DNA of 64,000 nucleotides, taken from positions 17,050,001 through 17,114,000 of the forward strand of contig NC_043001.1 of the NCBI RefSeq assembly GCF_006345805.1, written 5' to 3'. This stretch comes from Octopus sinensis (taxonomy: Eukaryota). Positions within the stretch are counted from its first letter, which is position 1. Every line of letters starts with the position of its first letter. The notes beneath the pieces are model-generated. The model saw only the letters and a list, made by a program, of their open reading frames with translations. It was not told where the DNA came from and searched no databases. Positions 48,312-60,810 of the stretch are shown in pieces. The translations under genes and the position numbers were made by a program.

Positions 48312-48978
48312 GTTTTGAGTTCAAATTCCGGCAATGGTCGACTTTGCTTTTTATCCTTTTGGAGTTGAGGAAACGGTACCATTTGAGTACTGGGGTCGAT
48401 ATAATCGACTTAGCATTTCTAAATTCCAGGCCTTGTGCTTCAAGCAGAAAAACTTATATAAGTATGTGAGTGTGCGTCTCCATGCAAAATCAATGACAGG
48501 GTCGGCGAAAGCAGGATCTAAACAGTACTAAATATATATCTTAAAGACGGCGAATTGAAAAATTTTGCATCTGATTTGCAAAATTCTTTATGGGAATTCG
48601 TGTGTTGAAGCAAATTTTGTTGTCTCTGGGGAGTTATACTGTCTCAATGCCTTACATCGAATGTGTTAGATAAACCTTTCTACTATAGGCACAAGACCTG
48701 AAGTTGTGGAATTTGAATTCAGAACGTAAAGACAGACGAAATACCTAGTTCTTTACTGCCCACAGGCGGCTAAACACAGAGAGGACAAACAAGGACAGAC
48801 AAACGGATTAAGTCGATTATATCGACCCCAGTGCGTAACTGGTACTTATTCAATCAACCCCGAAAGGATGAAAGACAAAGTCAACCTCGGCGGAATTTGA
48901 ACTCAGAACGTAGCGGCAGACGAAATACCGCTAAGCATTTCGCCCGGCGCGCTAACGTTTCTGCCAGCTCGCCACCTT
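48312..48978. mobile_element. Two SINE family A copies (48312-48440 +, 48673-48978 -)
   Basis: Both match the family A consensus. Confidence 0.8.
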
Positions 48979-49411
48979 ACAACATTCAACTATTGGGTTG
49001 AGAAAGGGCTTGGACAGAAAGAACTGAAAGTTGCACGTGGGAATAAAACTCACATTTGTTGTAAACATATCAGTCCTGCAACCATTGGACCAAAGAATAG
49101 CGTCGAATTCCTCGGTCCATTTTAGAAATCTGGTACTTACCAGCAAGAGTTGTATGTCGCTGGTGTCATAATTTAAAAGTTTCTAAAATTGACAGAGAAA
49201 CGAGAAGGATTGCTTTGATGCAGTGGTAGAATGTCCACAGAATCTGTGCGCTCGAATCTCATAGGCAGACTTTTTCTATCCAAATGAATTTTTCACCCAA
49301 TATATACTCACTATTACTTCTAGCGTTATCTGTTTCCAGTTTCGCTGTCTTAAAAAGAATTATTTCACGTTCTCTCAAAGCTTCTAATTTCTTATGATAA
49401 CAATTGAAATG

Positions 49412-49680
49412 TTTATATATAAAAGTGAAGTTGTGTGCGTGTCTGTCTCCTACGATTTAGATTCCTAACTAATCCCACATTTTACGGTGCAGTTTAACCA
49501 AAAGCGGTTATCTTATAGTCGTGATTCATATCGAGCCCTTCTGGGTATTAGCGCGCGTCTACGATGAGTCTACGATTAAAAAAAAAAATACCATCATTTT
49601 TTCCCATTTTAATGCATTGTTTCGCTATTATATAAGGGAAGTAACTCTCTAAAAATGTCTACGATGAGTCAACGATTTTA
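49412..49680 (-). mobile_element. HINE-like fragment
   Basis: Near-identical to 6065-6290. Confidence 0.65.
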
Positions 49681-49717
49681 TACACACACACACACACACA
49701 CACACCACACATATATA

Positions 49718-49751
<34 letters not shown>

Positions 49752-49934
49752 GTATATACAATTGAAAAATAGGTAAAATCTTTATAAGAAATTATCAAGT
49801 AGTTAGCGTGAAAAACCTCATAAGGGAAAGGGTTGCAGTCCCTCGCGTTCGGTACAACGTGTTTATTTATTATGGTAGTTTTGACTTTAAGGGACCCGCC
49901 TAGTTTGAGGCATTTATGTATAGTAATGCCCTCA

Positions 49935-49998
<64 letters not shown>

Positions 49999-50029
49999 CA
50001 TACATACATACATACATACACATATATGA

Positions 50030-50185
50030 TGGGATCCTTTCAGTTTCTGTTTCATTAATCCTCTCACGAGGCTGTGATTGGCCCTAGGCTATAGTAGAAG
50101 ACATTGCCGAAGGTGCCACGCAGTGGCACAGAACCTGAAACCGTGTGATTGAGAAATAAGCTTCTTACTACACAGCCACACCTGT
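50030..50185 (-). mobile_element. Degenerate SINE family B 5' half
   Basis: Partial match to the consensus. Confidence 0.65.
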
Positions 50186-51061
50186 AGGCATATAGCTAGA
50201 ATGAGCTAATGTGCGGTTCGAACACTTGATCATTATAAACAAATCACTTGTGCATGTCGTTCGGCAAAAGCTGAGCGCACATAAGTCGTCTGCGACGGTA
50301 GAGTCCATCATATATACACGTTCGCACACACATGTATGTACGCAAATGTATAATCCAGTCTAGTGTATACATGTGTATAGTGCAGCAGTGTGTTGGTTTT
50401 TGTAATCATAAGATTCTGGCTTAAATTCTATTGTTTCATATCTTGGGTGTCTGTTAACATGCCTCCAGATTAACTGAAACCTTACCAAAAGTACCGGGAA
50501 CACGGAAAATGTTTGAAACTCCTCAGAAACCTACCGATTTCCCCTGAAAATTACACCAATGGGATTCCTTGTCTATGTAATTCTCTACCAGTTACCCTGT
50601 AATCCATTGAGTGGCAATTAGATATTTCAGTTAATAAAAAGGACTTCTATCTTTTGTTTAATCAACTGTCTTTTCAACGATATATATTTTCTTAAGTATG
50701 TCACAGAGATATATATTTTAATCTTGATCTACTTTAGTTGCATAATTCGAATATTAGTCAGCCTTATCGGCGTCACTGCAATCTAGTGTATAGCCTATAC
50801 GCAGTGTTTATATACTTCCGGCTGATTGATACGACCTCGTTTCAGAATGGACACGCAAGTGGAAAAATGGCGAAACACGCATCTGTTGCTCTCGCGGTCA
50901 CTTCTATAATGATTTCGTTTCGCCTACCTCTGAATGGAGTCTATTGTATTTTTTAACACAATAATCTATAAAGTATCTTTTTTCCAGCACGAAAATTATA
51001 ACTTGTGGTTTTCCTAACGAAACGCATACGGTATATCATTATATATATATATATATATATA

Positions 51062-51268
51062 CAGTTAATCCAAACATGAACAAGGAAGAAAAAACAACAA
51101 CGAGAGTACGTGGAATAAGTACAGTGTTATTGGACGCTCAGGAAAGGAAAGAAAAGAAAGAGGATTCCACGTTTCGAGCGGAGCTCTTCATCAGAAATAT
51201 AGAAAAAATCCAAAGAAGGGAAGACGGAGAAAGAAAATCGCCAACAATTCATACGGGTCAATATTGAA
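51062..51268 (-). mobile_element. PLE pseudo-LTR family E
   Basis: Revcomp CTGATGAAGAGCTCCGCTCGAAACGT at 51169-51194. Confidence 0.7.
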
Positions 51269-51269
51269 A

Positions 51270-51304
<35 letters not shown>

Positions 51305-51317
<13 letters not shown>

Positions 51318-51580
51318 CACAGTTTCTTCTCTAACCCCTCCTCCCAACCCGGCTCGTTCCCCTGCTCCCGCCCACGCTGTCGCACTTGCTACTACCTCTC
51401 CAACACCACCATCCTCACAGACACCCATCATCGTCCCTATCTGACTCCTTTACCTGCACTTCTAGCAGGTTCGAAATTTCCGCAAGACACCTGATGGAGG
51501 CTGGAGGATATATCAGCCGAAACGTTGTGTTAACAACAAACACGATGAGGACAAATATCCGTCAAATGTAAATAATGTAA
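51305..51580 (+). mobile_element. Neptune-type PLE deletion derivative (Cys-rich linker fused to pLTR hammerhead)
   Basis: PGSFPCSRPRCRTCYYLSNTT..(frameshift)DSFTCTSS; hammerhead GACAC-CTGATGGA-GGCTG..CAGCC-GAAAC-GT-T-GTGTT at 51486-51531. Confidence 0.65.
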
Positions 51581-51837
51581 ATAACGATATGCCTAATTAT
51601 GGTTTCTTTGAATTTTTACTCAGAAAAATATTCCCTAGTGAGCTTATAGCCACCAGAAATAGTAACAACATAAGAAATATTAATTATTTAGATGTCAATC
51701 TAGTAATTAAGGATAATGAAATATGTGCTGATGTTTATAAAACAGAAGATTTTGGTTTCAATGCCATGGTTCAGTAGTAAAATTCCTTCTTTTATTGCTT
51801 ATGGTGTTTTTACGAGGCAAATTGTTAGATATAGTAC

Positions 51838-52269
51838 TACTAGAAGTATAACCCGGCGTTGCTCGGGTTTGTTTTTTAGTTGCGCTTAAAACAGCAGACT
51901 TTGATGTCGCGTTAACAAAGTTTTGACATAGTTTCAATCGTTTTGAAAAGTAAAAATTTTGCATTATGTAGCTTGTTATTCTCTTTAAGTGAACATCTTC
52001 CTAGTTGAAATACACCGAAAAATGGCGACACAGCAGTCACAAAATCGTAAAAAATAGGGATTTTCATAGAAAAAAAGCACCTTTTTGATGTAAATAATTT
52101 TTGGCCTTAACATGGTCCGATTTTAATTTTTTCTTCTACGGAATGAAGGGCGAGCCTTCTTCTATCATACTCTGAATTTTGGTCAACTTATGCCACAGGG
52201 TCTCGGAGGAGACCAAACCTGCCACACACACACACACACACAGATAACTTCAGCTTTATAGGTATAGAT
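51838..52269 (+). mobile_element. HINE-like element inserted in the PLE RT
   Basis: TACTAGAAGTATAACCCGGCGTTGCTCGGG...(AC)n..CAGCTTTATAGGTATAGAT; the RT frame rejoins across it. Confidence 0.7.
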
Positions 52270-52650
52270 TATTAATAATGCTAATAAATTTTTGGAAAGC
52301 TTAAATAAACTGTTAAGACATTCAGTAAAACAAAGGTATAAATATGGTAAATTGGTTAAAACTTTTAATTACTGTTTAGATGGGAAACTTGGAATTTTAA
52401 AGAGATACGGGGTAATATCTAGTCTTCAGCTTAGCAAATATTTGTAAGGATTTGGAAGGTTTACGATTCAAGTCATTTGTTTACTACGTCACCAATAATG
52501 AGACAATTGAGGAAGCAGTAATTACGCACTACGTCATCAATATTTAGTTGGCCCTTTAAATTCTTGGTGAAGGAAACGCATGGCTGATTAAACATGTAAG
52601 TGTTAATACTTGTAGTTTTATTATCGTTTAAACAGTTTTAATTAGCTTTA

Positions 52651-53730
52651 GGATCTTTTCCTTTTGAACGGCAGACAATTTCTAGTTAACTAAACACTTT
52701 AAAACTTCGTATACTGCTAGAATGTGTCAAAATAAAACATTTTTTTTTCTCTTGGCTTTCTTGAGAAAATTGTAATTTGTTTACTCTTTTACTCTTTTAC
52801 TTGTTTCAGTCATTTGACTGTGGCTATGCTGGAGCACCGCCTTTAATCGAACAAATCGACCCCGGGACTTATTCTTTGTAAGCCCAGTACTTATTCTATC
52901 AGTCTCTTTTGCGAACCCCTAAGTGACGGGGACGTAAACACACCAGCATCGGTTGCCAAGCAATGCTAGGGGGACAAACACAGACACACAAACATATACA
53001 CACACATACATATATATATATACATATATACGACAGGCTTCTTTCAGTTTCCGTCTACCAGATCCACTCACAAGGCATTGGTCGGCCCGGGGCTTTAGCA
53101 GAAGACACTTGCCCAAGATGCCGCGCAGTGGGACTGAACTCGGAACCATGTGGTTGGTTAGCAAGCTACTTACCACACAGCCACTCCTGCGCTTGTTTAT
53201 TTAACGTAGTTTAATTTTTCAAATTTTAACCAATCCTATGCTCTCTTTTGAGCTAAAATCATTTGCAACGTCTAAAACTGAGACAGCATCCTGTAACTAA
53301 CCCTAAATTCTGTAATTTTATACACTCGCTTTCCGTAACACATGTATAAAATTATAGAATTATTTTGTTAATTGTTTAAATTATTTTCCATTGCTTTATT
53401 TTTTTTTTACACGCGTAACAGTTAAATTAATTTAACAATTAAGAAAAAAAAATTAGGGTTAGGGTTAGGGGGAGGTTTAGGGTTAGTGACAGGATGTTGT
53501 CTCAGTTTTAGACGCAGCAAATGATTTTAGTTCAATGGAGGTAATCGATTGGTTAAAATTGCCGAAATGCTCGGATTTCCAGACGAAGTATCTTACAAAT
53601 TATAGAATTTTCTCAATAAAACCAAGAGAAAATGATGTTTTATAAATACATTCTACCAGTATACGAAGTTTAAAACTTTTTAGTTACCTAGAAATTATGT
53701 TATAAACTGCCGTTCAAAAGGAAAAGATCC
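52651..53730. mobile_element. MITE with long TIRs and 8-bp TSD (Merlin-like)
   Basis: TIR GGATCTTTTCCTTTTGAACGGCAG, extending imperfectly to ~260 bp; TSD TAGCTTTA at 52643-52650 and 53731-53738. Confidence 0.8.
52781..53192 (-). mobile_element. SINE family B inserted in the MITE left arm
   Basis: Full-length reverse complement with TTGTTTA-like flanks. Confidence 0.9.
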
Positions 53731-54527
53731 TAGCTTTAAACATAGCAAGGTTTATAATAATAGTTAATTACAAGTACGTTTATTAGTTCCTATTTAATGA
53801 AATTTAAAGTTTATATTAGTTACTGGTAATTTAACATTATAGCTTGTAGTGGTGATATATAAATGAGTATGTAGTGTTCTATTATTAACTCTTTAATTAT
53901 AAAATAATGTATTTTACTCATAAAAATATTAGTTAAATTAATTTCAATCGCGCTTGTTTTGTCTTAGAGAAATTTATATAAAGCTTTAACTTTCATTATA
54001 TCTATGGAAGACTGGTGGGATTATTATTTGTATGGTCTTAAGGATTGGTTGCAATTTACCATTTACTTTAGTCATTACAGTTTACTATTAATACCGATAC
54101 AATGTACATTGGTTTAAATGTTTCTTTGTTTAATTCCACCTATATTTTGATTGATTGAAATAATTTGGTTATTAAGCTTTTATGTTTATATTATTCTGCG
54201 GAAGACGGTAGGGATTATAAATTTTCTTTGACTTAATAGATTTGTCGCTTTTTAGTTACGTATTTAGGGGTCGTTGTAGTTTACTTATTGAATTTATTTA
54301 TCGATACGGTCGTTCACAGGGTAAATGTGTTTGGAAGTTGTGGTTTCTTTGGTTTGTGTATTCCCAAACAACACTTATTTTAGTGCTGTTGACACCGCCG
54401 GATTAAATGGTACTGCCCTGGTGTCGAAACCATAATGATATCCGTTGGGCAGCTGATGATGGCGGATTGTTGGTATGGGTGTGGAATAGTATTATAACAC
54501 ATCTTTTTGATACATAAATATATATAT

Positions 54528-54726
54528 CGCCATGATAGATCGTTAGCCACTACACACATTTTTTCTCTCCTTTTTTCTCTCCTTGTTTCTTCTGTGTCCC
54601 TTTCTGTAGAAGAGCATAGGCTCGAAACGTAAAAGACTTTTTCTATTCCTGAGCGTTATACTAATACATCTGGTTGTTTTGTACACCACCTGTCTTCGTA
54701 TTTAGATTTTTTCGTAAACTCTACCT
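54528..54726 (+). mobile_element. PLE pseudo-LTR family D
   Basis: CTGTAGAAGAGCATAGGCTCGAAACGTAAAAGAC. Confidence 0.7.
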
Positions 54727-54752
54727 ATATATATATATATATTATATATATA

Positions 54753-54822
<70 letters not shown>

Positions 54823-54940
54823 CACGTAGCTTCCCATGATTCAAGTTATAGATCCAACATAACGATGGCTCCAGAAATGGCGTTTATATAAAAGAACGCA
54901 AATGGAATGTAAAAAGTTTTAAACTCCGCTTGTGTCCCCC

Positions 54941-54976
<36 letters not shown>

Positions 54977-54977
<1 letters not shown>

Positions 54978-55375
54978 GTAGAAGTGGCTGTGTGGTAAGT
55001 AGCTTGTTTACCAACCACATGGTTCTGGGTTCAGTCCCACTGCGTGGCACCTTGGTCAAGTGTCTTCTACTATAGCCTCGGATCGACCAAAGCCTTGTGA
55101 TTGGATTTGGTAGACGGAAACTGAAAGACGCCTGCTGTATATATGGATATGTATATGTGTGTGTGTATATGTTTGTGTGTCTGTGTTTGTCCCCTCAACA
55201 TCACTTGACAACCGATGCTGTTGTGTTTACGTCACCGGAAGTTAGCGGTTCGGCAAAAGAGACCGATAGAATAAGTACTAGGCTTACAAAGAACAAGCCC
55301 TGGGGTCGATTTGCTCGACTAAAGGCGGTGCTCCAGCATGGCCACAGTCAAATGACTGAAACAAGTAAAAGAGTA
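54977..55375 (+). mobile_element. SINE family B
   Basis: Full-length match to the consensus. Confidence 0.88.
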
Positions 55376-55407
55376 TACATACATATATACATACATACAT
55401 ACATACA

Positions 55408-55465
<58 letters not shown>

Positions 55466-55468
<3 letters not shown>

Positions 55469-55660
55469 GGCTGGCCATATTGGAGCAATCTCAAGATTAA
55501 TCAGCCGAAATTGCGAGGATGATCCGGTTCTTGACTGAAGATTAAAGGCTTCGTATGACCCGTCCGTGTTTTTTGTATCGCGTATCTGGATGTTTTGTTG
55601 TGTCCTTTTTGTATCACCTATTTGTCCGATATTTTGCGTTCTTGTCCCATTTTGTGTATT
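55466..55660 (+). mobile_element. PLE-like family F fragment between (TA)n tracts
   Basis: Similar to the other family F copies. Confidence 0.55.
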
Positions 55661-55666
55661 ATATAT

Positions 55667-55818
<152 letters not shown>

Positions 55819-56872
55819 ATCTGTGTATGTCTTTTAGCGCTTCGTGCCGGCGTGGGTGTCTGCATGCTTGTGCACGTATGTGTAGCTGATAAACCTTTGG
55901 TTTCTAGAAAGCTTCAAGTATTAAAACCGGTCAAAAATAAAAATAAAATAGAATGAAAAACAAAAAAAAAGATGTATGAGTTCGTGGTATTAGATATCCT
56001 GTTGTTACAGACGTTTAAATTTTTTGTCCTTGAGCAGAACGAATTCTTGTACGAGTCTCATTTTTCACAATGTAATATTTATAGTCTATAATCACAATAC
56101 TTGATGTGAAAGCTGTAATAGATATAAAGTAAACAGTAACATTTGAGGAAGCTAATTTTGTATGGCCAATCCGTCAGTATAAGCAGTTCTAATTTGTATA
56201 TACTGTTCGGTCGCGAGGAAGGAGTAGAGCTTAATTTAATCAGGGCCCTTATCTGATGATGGATCTAGCCCTAAACGTTAAGCATTCTATCTTCCCCACG
56301 ATAAACCAATATAATCCATTTTTGAATTATTCGTAATACATATAGTTCTTACTGTTGTTGTTTATATTTGTGCTGATCCTGGATGAGAGGAAACTTATGA
56401 TAAGAAATTTTCCGGTTTTTAACATACCGTTTTTCTTCTTGGCTACATTACGAAATTTGGCTTCATTTTTAGGACCGATGGTTATGAGTTGAAGTGTAAT
56501 TTCTCGTATAACTACTTATAGAATATTTCGTTTTTCGATTTGGTTTGCAAGATTCTTTATATGAGTTCGTGTGTTGAAGCATATTCTATTGTGTCTGGGG
56601 AGAGTCATTTTCTTTTTGTGCTTTATTATGTAACACATTCACCGGTTGCAAGACGCAACGAAAATTTTAGAACAATAAAAATAAGAAACACGTGGAAATT
56701 TTACCGGCGAGTGTAAGGCATGAAAAGAAAATGACTCTCCCCAGACACAGCAGAATATACTTATAGAATCTCTCACTGGCTCATAAATGTCATTAGTTTC
56801 AATAAATCGACTCTGGCGATGTTGAATCTCTGAGTTTAAGAGTATTGACGAATATGTATATAGGTTACTTAT

Positions 56873-57265
56873 GTGGAGGCGCAATGGCCCAGTGGTTAGG
56901 GCAGCGGACTCGCGGTCTTAGGATCGCGGTTTCGATTCCCAGACCGAGCGTTGTGAGTGTTTATTGAGCGAAAACACCTAAAGCTCCACGAGGCTCCGGC
57001 AGGGGATGGTGGTGATCCCTGCTGTACTCTTTCACCACAACTTTCTCTCACTCTTACTTCCTGTTTCTGTTGTACCTGTATTTCAAGGGGCCGGCCTTGT
57101 CACTCCCTGTGTCACGCTGAATATCCCCAAGAACTACGTTAAGGGTACACGTGTCTGTGGAGTGTTCAGCCACTTACACGTTAATTTCACGAGCAGGCTG
57201 TTCCGTTGATTCGGATCAACCGGAACCCTTGTCGTCGTAACCGACGGAGTGCTTCCATCCATTGT
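56873..57265 (+). mobile_element. SINE family C, full length, with 24-bp TSD
   Basis: TSD CGAATATGTATATAGGTTACTTAT at 56849-56872 and 57266-57289. Confidence 0.93.
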
Positions 57266-57361
57266 CGAATATGTATATAGGTTACTTATGCTCTCCAGCT
57301 CGGCAGCAGAGAAGGTACAGGCGAACCGGGTTAGATTTGAACTTCTAACGTAGACAAATGG

Positions 57362-57595
57362 CTACGATTTTAAAAATAATTTACCATCATTTTTTCCATT
57401 TTAATGCATTTTTTCGCTAAGGGAAGTAACTCTCTAAAAATGTCTACGATGAGTCAACGATTTAAAAAAAATTTACCATAATTTTTTTTCCATTTTTAAT
57501 ACATTTTTTTGCTATTTTTTGACTATAACTCTCTAAAAATGCTTATATAGTTATTTCCCTTACAAACCCGAGCAACGCCGGGTGATACTGCTAGT
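57362..57595 (-). mobile_element. HINE-like fragment (5' end)
   Basis: ...CCCGAGCAACGCCGGGTGATACTGCTAGT. Confidence 0.65.
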
Positions 57596-58124
57596 TAACT
57601 ATAAAAAAAAATATGACTGATTCCTACTCACGAAAGGTGAAAGACAAAACCGACTTACTTCTATATTTCCTCTCCTACTATTGTTCATATCAGGTCGTCT
57701 TGAAATGATTAGAAGAAATTGCTAAGCTTATCAGCCAGACGTTCTCTGTTTCTTTAGAAAGGGGGCTTCTGCACACTCTTCCACTTCTTTGGACTCAATG
57801 TAACCGATTCCAAATGGATGAGAGAGAGAGAAAGAGAGGAGGTAGAGAGAGAGAAAGTATGTGCGTATGTGTGCGTATATGTGTGTGTGGGTGCGTGAGA
57901 GAGAAAGAGAGGGAGGGAGAGAGAGAGTGAGATACATCGACTCTACGATTTGATTTGGAGTTTATTTATTGATCTTGGAAGGATATCAGTGACATTGACG
58001 GGTTTTGAACTCGGAGCGAATACAGCTTGAGAAAATAATACTAGCCGTTCTATCCGGCACTACACTCTAAAATCTATGCCAGAGCTCACAACTTATATCG
58101 TTAAATTATGATAAGAAATATTGG

Positions 58125-58334
58125 CTTCAAATTTTGGCACAAGGCCAGGTATTTCGGGGAGGGAGTAAGTCGATTACATTAACCAAGTACTCAATTAGTA
58201 CTTGTTTTATCGAGCTTGAAAGAATGAAAGGCAAAGTCGACCTCAGCGGAATTTGAACTCAGAACTTGCAGACAGGCGAAGTGCCACAAAGCATTTCACC
58301 CGGCGTGCTAGCGATTCTACCAGCACGCCACCTT
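58125..58334 (-). mobile_element. SINE family A, short-tail variant
   Basis: Matches the consensus. Confidence 0.75.
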
Positions 58335-58345
58335 ATTAATAATAA

Positions 58346-58696
58346 TAACGAGAGCACAAACCTCTGCCAAGGCAACACCGACATCCTCTCAGCGATTACC
58401 CAGAGATGATTTTTAAAATGAAAATATCTGAAATAAACTCGACTGCTATTACAAACGAGAATATTAAAAATGGACCCGACCGTTCACAAAAATTAAGTAA
58501 AAAACAGGGAAACTAATTCAGAATATTTGGCCGGTACCGGATCGATCCCAAAATCTAATCAGTTCGTGCAAGTCACGAAACAAAACATCCCTAAAAGTTT
58601 CACCCGAATCCATTCAACGGTTCTTGAGATATCTTGTCCACGGACAAACAAACACGACTGATAACAATACCTCCGCCTTCGCTTAGGCGGTAGTAA
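58346..58696 (+). mobile_element. Second HINE/Helentron-like family
   Basis: Ends ACAAACAAACACGACTGATAACAATACCT plus the hairpin CCGCCTTCGCTTAGGCGG, typical of DINE/Helentron non-autonomous 3' ends. Confidence 0.55.
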
Positions 58697-58950
58697 TAAT
58701 CTTTTCTACTAAAGGTACAAGGCCCGAAATTTGGTGGAACAGACTGGTTGATTACATCAACCCCAGTGTTTCACAGCGACTTATTTCTTATCATAATTTC
58801 CAATATTTCTTATAATTTAACGATATAAGCTGTGAGCTCTCGCATAGATTTTATCGACCCTGAAAGAATGAAAGGCAAAATCGATCCCAGCAGAAGTTGA
58901 ATTCAGAACCTAAAGACGGACGAAACGGCGCTAAACATTTTGCCCGACAT
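58697..58950 (-). mobile_element. Degenerate SINE family A
   Basis: Partial match to the consensus. Confidence 0.6.
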
Positions 58951-59034
58951 GCTGACGATCCTGCCAGGAATGTCTTTATTCACTTAACATTGAATGAACG
59001 ATATTGGAGTTTAACATTGGGACTAAAGGAAGAA

Positions 59035-59418
59035 GGAAGCACTCCGTCGGATACGACGACGAGGGTTCCGGTTGATCCGATCAACGGAACAGCCTGCTCG
59101 TGAAATTAACGTGTAAGTGGCTGAGCACTCCACAGTCACGTGTACCCTTAACGTAGTTCTCGGGGATATTCAGCGTGACACAGAGAGTGACAAGGCCGGC
59201 CCTTTGAAATACAGGTACAACAGAAACAGGAAGTAAGAGTGAGAGAAAGCTGTGGTGAATGAGTACAGCAGGGATCACCACCACCCCCTGCCGGAGCCTC
59301 GTGGAGCTTTTAGGTGTTTTCGCTCAATAAACACTCACAACGCCCGGTCTGGGAATCGAAACCGCGATCTTACGACCGCGAATCCGCTGCCCTGACCACT
59401 GGGCCATTGCGCCTCCAC
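59035..59418 (-). mobile_element. SINE family C, full length
   Basis: Reverse-complement match to the family C consensus. Confidence 0.9.
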
Positions 59419-59624
59419 ATGGAGTTCGATCTGCTAATGTCGGCTTTCACTTTCAAAACACTGGGTAAGCGAAGACAAGCACTGGAGACTTTAAATCGGT
59501 TAAATATCCACAAACATCCAAAGAAAAACAAAACATGTGTAACCTAATAACTATAACTATGTTAAATAAATTCATACGCAACCCAGGCATAGCCACGAAC
59601 ACAAACGCATGCATATTCGTTTAT

Positions 59625-60012
59625 TTGTTTCAGTCATTTGACTGCGGCCGTGCTGGAGCACCATCTTAAGGGGTTTTAGTCGAACAAATCGATCCCAGGG
59701 CTTATTCTTTGTAAGCCCAGTTCTTATTCTATCGGACTCTTTTGCCGAACCGCTAAATTACAGTGACATAAACGCACCAACATTAGTTGTCAAGTGATGG
59801 TGCGGGGACACAAACACAAACACACAAATATATATATATATATATATTCGATGGGCTTCTTTCAGTTTCCGTCTACCAATCCCTCTCACAAGTCTTTGGT
59901 CGACCCGAGGCTATAGTAGAAGACACTTGGCCATGGTGCCACGCAGTAGGACTGAACCCGGAAGCATGTGGTTGGGAGTCAAGCTTCTTACCACACAGCC
60001 ACTCTTGCGTAT
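59625..60012 (-). mobile_element. SINE family B
   Basis: Reverse-complement match to the family B consensus. Confidence 0.85.
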
Positions 60013-60067
60013 ATGCGCTTATATTATATACAAATACATATACATACATACATACATACATACATAT

Positions 60068-60194
60068 ATTTATCAGCCGAAATTGTTAGAATGATCCGGT
60101 TCTTGACTGAAGATTGAAGGCTTCGAATGTCCCGTCCGTATTTTTTGTATCGTATTCTAAATGTTTTACGTTCTTGTCCCAGTTTGTATTTTTC

Positions 60195-60200
<6 letters not shown>
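60068..60200 (+). mobile_element. PLE-like family F fragment
   Basis: Similar to the other family F copies; ends in (TA)n. Confidence 0.55.
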
Positions 60201-60272
<72 letters not shown>

Positions 60273-60428
60273 CATATACATATATACACATATATATATA
60301 TACATATACATATATATATATATACATATACATATATATATATACATATACATATATATACATATATATATACATATGCATATATAGATAGATAGATAGA
60401 TATATAGATAATAGATAGATAGATAGAT

Positions 60429-60463
<35 letters not shown>

Positions 60464-60614
60464 CATACATAGGTCTGATCTACTACATGTCTTTTCTCTC
60501 ACATAATTTGTGATTTTTGTTTTCTGTCTGTTTCCTCACCCATGCTAATAGTTTATTTCAGAATAGCTTTTGTCGGTGGTGTTACTTTGCTTTGTTGCGT
60601 TTGAAAGATCGTGT

Positions 60615-60615
60615 T

Positions 60616-60657
<42 letters not shown>

Positions 60658-60720
60658 ACTACTACTACTACTACTACTAACTACTACTACACTACTACAC
60701 TACGACTACTACTACTACTA

Positions 60721-60754
<34 letters not shown>

Positions 60755-60810
60755 ACTAGCTACTACTACTACACTACTACTACTACTACTGACTAACTAC
60801 TACTACGACC
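60615..60810. repeat. (ACT)n microsatellite
   Basis: Read directly from the sequence. Confidence 0.95.

Larger units (their letters stand above)
51580..54518 (+). mobile_element. PLE whose ORF ends at the RT thumb (Naiad-like), with nested insertions
   Basis: KIFPSEL..INYLDVNL..DVYK.EDFGF..KIPSFIAYGVFTRQIVRY [HINE] ..KQRYKYGKLVKTF..LKRYGV..stop at 52447. A long T-rich 3' region runs to (TA)n at 54518. Confidence 0.7.

Noticed and set aside
53739-54370. Mitochondrial insertion (NUMT)
   Set aside because: It is AT- and T-rich but has no recognisable mitochondrial gene, and is better explained as PLE 3' sequence continuing across the MITE TSD.
54420-54465. Type II hammerhead from GAAAC...CTGATGA
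   Set aside because: Stem II and stem III do not pair in that topology; it is kept only as an unresolved structured core.
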